This document shows, piece after piece, positions 26,279-31,925 of a stretch of 31,925 nt of DNA (positions are counted from its first letter, which is position 1; each line of letters starts with the position of its first letter). The DNA comes from Bacilli bacterium (GTDB taxonomy: Bacteria > Bacillota_I > Bacilli_A > ML615J-28 > CAG-698). The position numbers were made by a program, and so were the translations under genes. The stretch lies in assembly GCA_028702495.1 (NCBI GenBank), contig JAQVOS010000011.1, positions 1-31,925 of the forward strand, read 5' to 3'. Below the pieces are notes generated by a model. That model made no database searches and was not told the DNA's origin. It saw nothing but the letters and a program-made list of their open reading frames with translations.

Positions 26279-27778
26279 ATGAAAAATTATATTTTAGCTT
26301 TAGACCAAGGGACGACTAGTACCCGAGCTATTATTTTTGATAAGCAAGCCAAACCCATTACTCAAAGTTCAATGGAACTTCGGATTCAAACCCCGCAAAA
26401 TGGATGGGTCGAAGTCAATCCTCTTGAAATATGGGAAACATCGATGGCTGTCATCAAAGATGCTATCAATGATGCAGAGGTACCTTATGATGAAATCGCT
26501 GCGATGGGAATCACCAATCAACGTGAAACAACCATTCTTTGGGATAAAGTATCGGGAAAACCTGTCTACAATGGCATTGTATGGCAATCTCGACAATCCC
26601 AAGAAATATGCGAAAATTTAATAAAAAAAGGCTATACAAAACTTTTCCAAGAAAAAACAGGGTTATATATTAATCCATACTTTTCTGCGTCCAAGATTAA
26701 ATGGATTTTTGATCATGTTCCAGGGGTGTATGAAAAAGCAGCTCGCGGAGAAGTTTTATTTGGAACCGTTGATTCTTATCTCATATGGAAGCTCACCAAT
26801 GGAGAGTCTCATGTAACCGATTATACCAATGCTTCACGAACCCTCCTTTTCAACATTCATACCCTTGAATGGGATCAAGAGTTATTAGATTTATTCTCGA
26901 TTCCCAAAGCCATGATGCCAACAGTCACCAGTTCAAGTGAGGTTGTAGGAGTGGCAACGAAGTTATGGGAAGTTGATGAAGGATTAAACATTCCGATTGC
27001 TGCCATTGCCGGAGATCAACAAGCCAGTCTCTTTGGCCAATGTTGTTTTGATTTGGGAGATGTGAAAAACACATATGGAACGGGTTGCTTTATGCTCATG
27101 AATACCAAAGATAAGATTGTTACCACTGATAATGGGCTCCTTACAACGATTGCTTGGGGCTTAAATGGTGCCGTTGAATATGCACTCGAAGGATCGGTGT
27201 TTGTGGGAGGATCGGCTGTCCAATGGTTACGAGATGGAATGAGGCTCTTTGAAAAGTCAAAAGATTGTGAAATCTATTCTAGTCGAATGCCAGGAAGTGA
27301 TGGGGTTTATATGGTTCCAGCCTTTGTTGGATTAGGAACTCCTTATTGGGATAATGATGCTCGAGGAGCTGTCTTTGGAATCACAAGAGCAACTCGTAAA
27401 GAACATTTCATCAATGCCACAGTGGAATCCATCGCCTATCAATCGAAAGATGTGATGGAAGCAATGATTGAATCCTCAGGCATTCACATCCATAGTCTAG
27501 CCGTAGATGGTGGAGCTTGTGTCAATGATTATCTCATGCAATTTCAAGCTGATATATTGGATTGTAAGATTGTACGCTCAGCTTGTGCCGAAACAACCGC
27601 TTTAGGAGCGGCTTATCTTGCAGGACTCGCTGTTAAAATGTGGAAAAACAAAGCAGAAATTAAAAAACTTCACGACATCAATGCCATCTTTATTAGCAAC
27701 ATGACGGTAGCAAAGCGTGAACAATTATATCGCGGATGGAAGAAAGCCGTTGAAGCCACTCGCGTTTTTAAAGTATAA
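26279..27778 (+). CDS. glpK: Glycerol kinase
   Basis: 499 aa. The N-terminus ILALDQGTTSTRAIIFD and FGGY kinase motifs are present. Confidence 0.95.
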   Translation: MKNYILALDQGTTSTRAIIFDKQAKPITQSSMELRIQTPQNGWVEVNPLEIWETSMAVIKDAINDAEVPYDEIAAMGITNQRETTILWDKVSGKPVYNGIVWQSRQSQEICENLIKKGYTKLFQEKTGLYINPYFSASKIKWIFDHVPGVYEKAARGEVLFGTVDSYLIWKLTNGESHVTDYTNASRTLLFNIHTLEWDQELLDLFSIPKAMMPTVTSSSEVVGVATKLWEVDEGLNIPIAAIAGDQQASLFGQCCFDLGDVKNTYGTGCFMLMNTKDKIVTTDNGLLTTIAWGLNGAVEYALEGSVFVGGSAVQWLRDGMRLFEKSKDCEIYSSRMPGSDGVYMVPAFVGLGTPYWDNDARGAVFGITRATRKEHFINATVESIAYQSKDVMEAMIESSGIHIHSLAVDGGACVNDYLMQFQADILDCKIVRSACAETTALGAAYLAGLAVKMWKNKAEIKKLHDINAIFISNMTVAKREQLYRGWKKAVEATRVFKV

Positions 27779-27793
27779 GGAAGGACCATCAAT

Positions 27794-29248
27794 ATGGATG
27801 TTATCATCATTGGAGCGGGCGTCATAGGTGCGAGCATTGCTCGTGCATTATCAAAATATCAGATGGATATTCTTGTCATTGAAAAAGACAACGATGTCGG
27901 AGATGGAGCAAGTTGTGCCAACAGTGCCATTCTTCATTCTGGATACGATCCAGAGCCAGGAAGTCTTAAAGCACGACTAAACGTTTTAGGAAATCAAATG
28001 TTCGATGAGATTAGTCGTGATTTGGATGTCCAAATGCGTCGGATTGGATCGATTACGGTTGCCTCTACCGATGAAGAAATAGAAGCTTTGGGACCCTTAC
28101 AAAAAAGAGCCGAACAAAATCAAGTTCCCTTGCAATTGCTCAATCGTGAAGAACTCCTAAAGTTAGAACCCTTTTTACATCCCAGTGTTCGCTTTGGGCT
28201 TTATGCTCCCACAGCGGGCATCTTAAATCCATTTGAGTTAACCGTTGCATCCATGGAAAATGCCATGGATAACGGTGTAAAACTCCATCTTCGTGAAGAA
28301 GTGATTGCGATTAAACGCCTTCAAGAAGGTTTTTTAGTCACAACCAATCAAGGTACATATGAAACAAAAATCGTCGTGAACTGTGCTGGTGTCCATAGTG
28401 ATGCCATTCATAACATGGTTCATACTCCGGAATTTACCATTAAGCCAAGAAGGGGTGAATACTATGTCATCGATAATTTATTCACACCTTACATCAAACA
28501 CGTCATCTTTGGAGTTCCCACAAAAGCTGGAAAAGGAGTTCTTGTTGCTCCTACAACCCATGATAATTATTTAGTAGGACCTTCTAGTGATTTTATTGAA
28601 GATAAAGAAGATACTGCAACCCATGCCGACATCTTAAAAATGGTAAAAGATCGGGCTTTAACCATCGTCTCAACCATTCCATTCCCTAGTATGATTCGTC
28701 AATTTGCGGGAATTCGTGCGGTATCGAGTAATGATGATTTCATCATTCAAGAAGCTTCACATGGATTTTTTGATGTTGCTGGTATCCAATCTCCTGGACT
28801 TGCCTCAAGTCCCGCGATTGCGAAAATGGTTGAAGATATGATTATTGAAAAATATCCGACAACTAAAAAGGAAAACTACAATCCACGACGCCGCAGAGTA
28901 GTTCGCCTGAAAGAATGTAGTCTTGAGGAACGAACAAAACTCATCAAAGAAAATCCTTTGTATGGCCATATTATTTGTCGATGTGAAGGTGTGAGTGAAG
29001 CCGAAGTCATTGATTGCATTCATCGTCATGCTGGAGCAACCACTATTAAAGGAGTCAAAAAACGGACTCGTCCAGGTGCTGGACGCTGTCAAGGCGGTTT
29101 TTGTGAACCTCATATCATTGAAATATTAAGCCGTGAATTGGGTCGCAAGAAGACGGAGATTGAATATGCAAAAATTGGATCCAATATTTTACAAAAACGT
29201 CCTGAATTCAGAGAAGAAAGCCAAGGTGAACCTCATGAAAACCATTGA
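27794..29248 (+). CDS. FAD-dependent glycerol-3-phosphate dehydrogenase/oxidase-like oxidoreductase (GlpA-like) with a C-terminal BFD-like [2Fe-2S] domain
   Basis: 484 aa. It has an N-terminal FAD fold (VIIIGAGVIGASIA) and a C-terminal Cys cluster CRCEGVS…RPGAGRCQGGFCEP. Confidence 0.75.
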   Translation: MDVIIIGAGVIGASIARALSKYQMDILVIEKDNDVGDGASCANSAILHSGYDPEPGSLKARLNVLGNQMFDEISRDLDVQMRRIGSITVASTDEEIEALGPLQKRAEQNQVPLQLLNREELLKLEPFLHPSVRFGLYAPTAGILNPFELTVASMENAMDNGVKLHLREEVIAIKRLQEGFLVTTNQGTYETKIVVNCAGVHSDAIHNMVHTPEFTIKPRRGEYYVIDNLFTPYIKHVIFGVPTKAGKGVLVAPTTHDNYLVGPSSDFIEDKEDTATHADILKMVKDRALTIVSTIPFPSMIRQFAGIRAVSSNDDFIIQEASHGFFDVAGIQSPGLASSPAIAKMVEDMIIEKYPTTKKENYNPRRRRVVRLKECSLEERTKLIKENPLYGHIICRCEGVSEAEVIDCIHRHAGATTIKGVKKRTRPGAGRCQGGFCEPHIIEILSRELGRKKTEIEYAKIGSNILQKRPEFREESQGEPHENH

Positions 29249-30482
29249 TTTAGTGGTCATCGGAGGTGGTTCTGCGGGATTAGCCGCAGCCGTTAAAGCC
29301 TATGATGAGGGTGTTTCATCGATATTAATTCTTGAAAAAGAAAAATGTTTGGGTGGGATACTCTTACAATGCATTCACAATGGGTTTGGACTCACGACTT
29401 TTAATGAAGAATTAACAGGGCCAGAGTATGCCGATCGTTATGTAAAAGAAGTCATGAAGCGCAACATCGATGTGAAACTCGAAACCATGGTAATGGAGAT
29501 TACTCCTGATAAATGTGTTCATTATTCCAATGAGCCTGAAGGATATGTTAGAGTTCAAGCGAAAGCCATCATTTGTGCAACTGGTTGTAGCGAAAGGACA
29601 CGAGGGGCCATCAATATTCCTGGACATCGTCCTGCTGGCATTATTACTGCCGGGTTAGCCCAAAAATACATCAACATCGATGGCTACCATGTTGGTAAAC
29701 GAGCCTTTATTTTAGGTAGTGGTGACATTGGCCTCATCATGGCACGTCGCCTTCGTTTTGAAGACGTTGAAGTCTTGGGTGTTGCCGAACTCATGCCCTA
29801 TTCAAATGGCCTCAATCGTAACTTGGTTCAATGTCTTTACGATTTCAATATTCCCCTTTATCTTCATCATACGGTGAAAGACATCATTGGGCATGAACGT
29901 ATTGAAAAAATTATCATTGCTGAGGTGGATGATGCCTTCCAGTTCATTCCAGGAACGGAAAAAGAATTTGAGATTGATGTGCTTCTCTTATCGGTAGGTC
30001 TCATACCTTCCAATCCTCTTTTAGAAAAGTGCGGACTCATTCTTCACCCCAGGACCAAGGGGCCTTGGGTCGATGAACAATTACAAACTTCCATCCCAGG
30101 AATCTTCGCTTGTGGAAATGGCCTTCATGTTCATGACCTCGTCGATTTCGTGAGTCTTGAAGGTGAAAAAGCAGGACAATCTGCTGCAAGGTACTTAAAA
30201 AATGAACTATTAGCAGGTCCTACCTATTCCATTCAAGCGGGTTGTGGAGTTGGATATGTTCTTCCCCAAAAAGTACATCTAGATAGTCCAAGCCCAATTC
30301 AAATCAGCTATCGGGTGACCAAACCCTATCAAAATGTGAGTGTCATCATCCGTCAAGGAGAACAGATTGTGAGAAAAGTCCGTAAACCCTTCTTATTCCC
30401 AGCGGAAATGGAACATATTTCCTTGGCTTTAGACCAATGTGACCCCAAGCTCGAGGTTTGGGTGGAGGTGCTCGATGCCTGA
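29235..30482 (+). CDS. NAD(P)/FAD-dependent oxidoreductase (pyridine nucleotide-disulfide oxidoreductase family)
   Basis: Starts MKTIDLVVIGGGSAGLAAA (Rossmann fold) with a second dinucleotide motif (AFILGSGDIGL). An AGGTGA RBS precedes it. It overlaps the upstream gene, and the ORF track over-extends the N-terminus. Confidence 0.7.
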   Translation: MKTIDLVVIGGGSAGLAAAVKAYDEGVSSILILEKEKCLGGILLQCIHNGFGLTTFNEELTGPEYADRYVKEVMKRNIDVKLETMVMEITPDKCVHYSNEPEGYVRVQAKAIICATGCSERTRGAINIPGHRPAGIITAGLAQKYINIDGYHVGKRAFILGSGDIGLIMARRLRFEDVEVLGVAELMPYSNGLNRNLVQCLYDFNIPLYLHHTVKDIIGHERIEKIIIAEVDDAFQFIPGTEKEFEIDVLLLSVGLIPSNPLLEKCGLILHPRTKGPWVDEQLQTSIPGIFACGNGLHVHDLVDFVSLEGEKAGQSAARYLKNELLAGPTYSIQAGCGVGYVLPQKVHLDSPSPIQISYRVTKPYQNVSVIIRQGEQIVRKVRKPFLFPAEMEHISLALDQCDPKLEVWVEVLDA

Positions 30483-30825
30483 TTTAATTTGTATTGTATG
30501 TCCAAGAGGATGTCATCTTAAGGTAGAAAACGGTCAAGTTACAGGAAATTTCTGTAATCGCGGAGTTCAATATGGACTTCAAGAGGCAACTCATCCCGTT
30601 CGTATGGTGACTTCTACCATTACTATTCGTGATGGAGTGGTCGCAAGACTGCCTGTTGCCACTTCGAAACCCATTCCCAAATGGATGATGTTTGATGTCA
30701 TTCGTGAGATCTCTAAAGTTGAAATAACGGCTCCGATTTATATCGGAACCCCAATTATTGAAAATGTATTGAATACGGGTGCGAATATTATTGCAACCCG
30801 CTCCATTGAAAGGAGCCCCCAATGA
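30475..30825 (+). CDS. DUF1667 domain protein (third subunit of the oxidoreductase trio)
   Basis: 116 aa from MPDLICIVCPRGCHL…. A GGAGG RBS lies 6 nt upstream. The overlapping junctions suggest translational coupling. Confidence 0.6.
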   Translation: MPDLICIVCPRGCHLKVENGQVTGNFCNRGVQYGLQEATHPVRMVTSTITIRDGVVARLPVATSKPIPKWMMFDVIREISKVEITAPIYIGTPIIENVLNTGANIIATRSIERSPQ

Positions 30826-31385
30826 ACATTTGGCATGATATCGATGAAAAACGAATTTGTAAAAACGAATTCATCGCCTGCATTGAAATTTCCAAAGGGA
30901 GTAAAATGAAATATGAGTTGGACAAAGAAACAGGGCGACTCATTCTCGATCGGGTGTTATATACCTCCACGCATTATCCCGCAAATTATGGTTTTATTCC
31001 ACGAACTTATGCCGATGATCGCGATCCTTTGGATGTTCTTGTCTTATGCCAAGAACCGATTCAACCCTTATGTTTGGTTAAATGTTACCCCATAGGAGTC
31101 ATAAAAATGATGGATCAAAATGATGTCGATGAAAAAATCATTGCCATTTCATTTGGAGATCCTTCCCTCAATTGTTATCATGACATTAAGGAACTTCCCA
31201 CTCATTTGTTCGAAGAAATATCTCATTTCTTTACAGTCTATAAACAACTTGAAGGTAAAAAAACTTTTGTGACAGAAATACTCGGAAGGGAAGCTGCTGA
31301 AGCGATTATTAGTGAGGCACTTAAAGCATATAAGGTGCGATTTCAAACCAAACTGATGAATTTAGATGAAAGTCATCGCTCATAG
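30822..31385 (+). CDS. ppa: Inorganic pyrophosphatase, family I
   Basis: 187 aa. Family I signatures are present (…DRDPLDVLVL…, YPANYGFIPRT), and an AAGGAG RBS precedes it. The start overlaps the DUF1667 stop as ATGA. Confidence 0.9.
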   Translation: MNIWHDIDEKRICKNEFIACIEISKGSKMKYELDKETGRLILDRVLYTSTHYPANYGFIPRTYADDRDPLDVLVLCQEPIQPLCLVKCYPIGVIKMMDQNDVDEKIIAISFGDPSLNCYHDIKELPTHLFEEISHFFTVYKQLEGKKTFVTEILGREAAEAIISEALKAYKVRFQTKLMNLDESHRS

Positions 31386-31388
31386 TAA

Positions 31389-31424
31389 AAAACAACCATT
31401 GTGTGAAGCAATGGTTGTTTTTAT
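31389..31424. terminator. Bidirectional terminator after ppa
   Basis: AAACAACCATTG-N8-CAATGGTTGTTT followed by TTAT. Confidence 0.7.
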
Positions 31425-31612
31425 GCCCAAAAGGGAGGATCAACATTTCTTAAGAATCCCCAAATCAAGAAGAATAAGACATTCATGATTAATACGATAA
31501 AAAAGGCTTTTTTGTGTTTTGAATCTTTATAGTAAGAAAGCAGCAAAAGTCCAAAAGTGATGAAAAAATGCAGACCAAGAAGGATTGTGAGAAGAAGATA
31601 GACGATTTTCAT
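31421..31612 (-). CDS. Small hydrophobic membrane protein (two predicted TM helices), hypothetical
   Basis: 63 aa. The start overlaps the upstream minus-strand gene as ATGA. Confidence 0.35.
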   Translation of the reverse strand: MKIVYLLLTILLGLHFFITFGLLLLSYYKDSKHKKAFFIVLIMNVLFFLIWGFLRNVDPPFWA

Positions 31613-31920
31613 TGCTCACACCCCGCTAATAAAAACTCAATGAGGGATTTTTGAGTGGTTTTCTTTCGCATGCGCTTGATGATGATGAAGGTGTCTTGAG
31701 TGAATAAAAAGGTTGATATGGGGAAGATACAGCAGGTGAATATCGGGTGATACTGGAAAGCTACTAAAAACTCACCATGCATTATGTGACTGAATGCACG
31801 AGTAATTCCACAAGTAGGGCAGACGATGTGAAACTCGCGATATGTATAACATAGACTTTTCTCTAAGATAACCACAATCGGAATCACGATAAATGCAAGA
31901 TAAAGCCCCACATAAAACAT
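31609..31920 (-). CDS. DUF2752-like membrane protein (CPxCGxTRA motif); N-terminus may lie beyond the window edge
   Basis: 103 aa. It carries the CPTCGITRA motif typical of DUF2752 and is hydrophobic. Confidence 0.4.
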   Translation of the reverse strand: MFYVGLYLAFIVIPIVVILEKSLCYTYREFHIVCPTCGITRAFSHIMHGEFLVAFQYHPIFTCCIFPISTFLFTQDTFIIIKRMRKKTTQKSLIEFLLAGCEQ

Positions 31921-31925
31921 TATGC

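Overview
This window looks like a low-GC Firmicutes chromosome, probably Erysipelotrichia- or Mollicutes-like, and is mostly core housekeeping genes in Bacillus-like synteny. In order: rsgA(partial)-rpe-thiN; rpmB divergent from yloV-recG-plsX-rnc; dnaD-nth converging on groES-groEL, which has a CIRCE operator; rqcH divergent from gmk-rpoZ-priA-fmt; NfeD-flotillin; and a glpK / three-component FAD-oxidoreductase cluster coupled to a family I ppa. No tRNA or rRNA genes, CRISPR arrays, transposases or integrases were seen. The less ordinary content is listed here. (1) A COG4880-type beta-propeller lipoprotein sits next to an ECF sigma / anti-sigma pair whose anti-sigma has a long extracytoplasmic domain with no recognisable homology. 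(2) The PriA homologue keeps its zinc-binding module, but its Walker A P-loop is completely replaced. (3) A DUF2804 gene is coupled to a Gp37/Gp68 (DUF5131) gene, and that second gene is interrupted by a -1 frameshift exactly at an in-phase A_AAA_AAA heptamer. (4) A HutP-like ORF overlaps the end of fmt. (5) An AT-rich non-coding stretch of about 430 bp carries direct repeats and an orphan terminator-like hairpin. Nothing here amounts to a clearly novel multi-gene system. The DUF2804/DUF5131 pair and the ECF-sigma module are the best candidates for follow-up.
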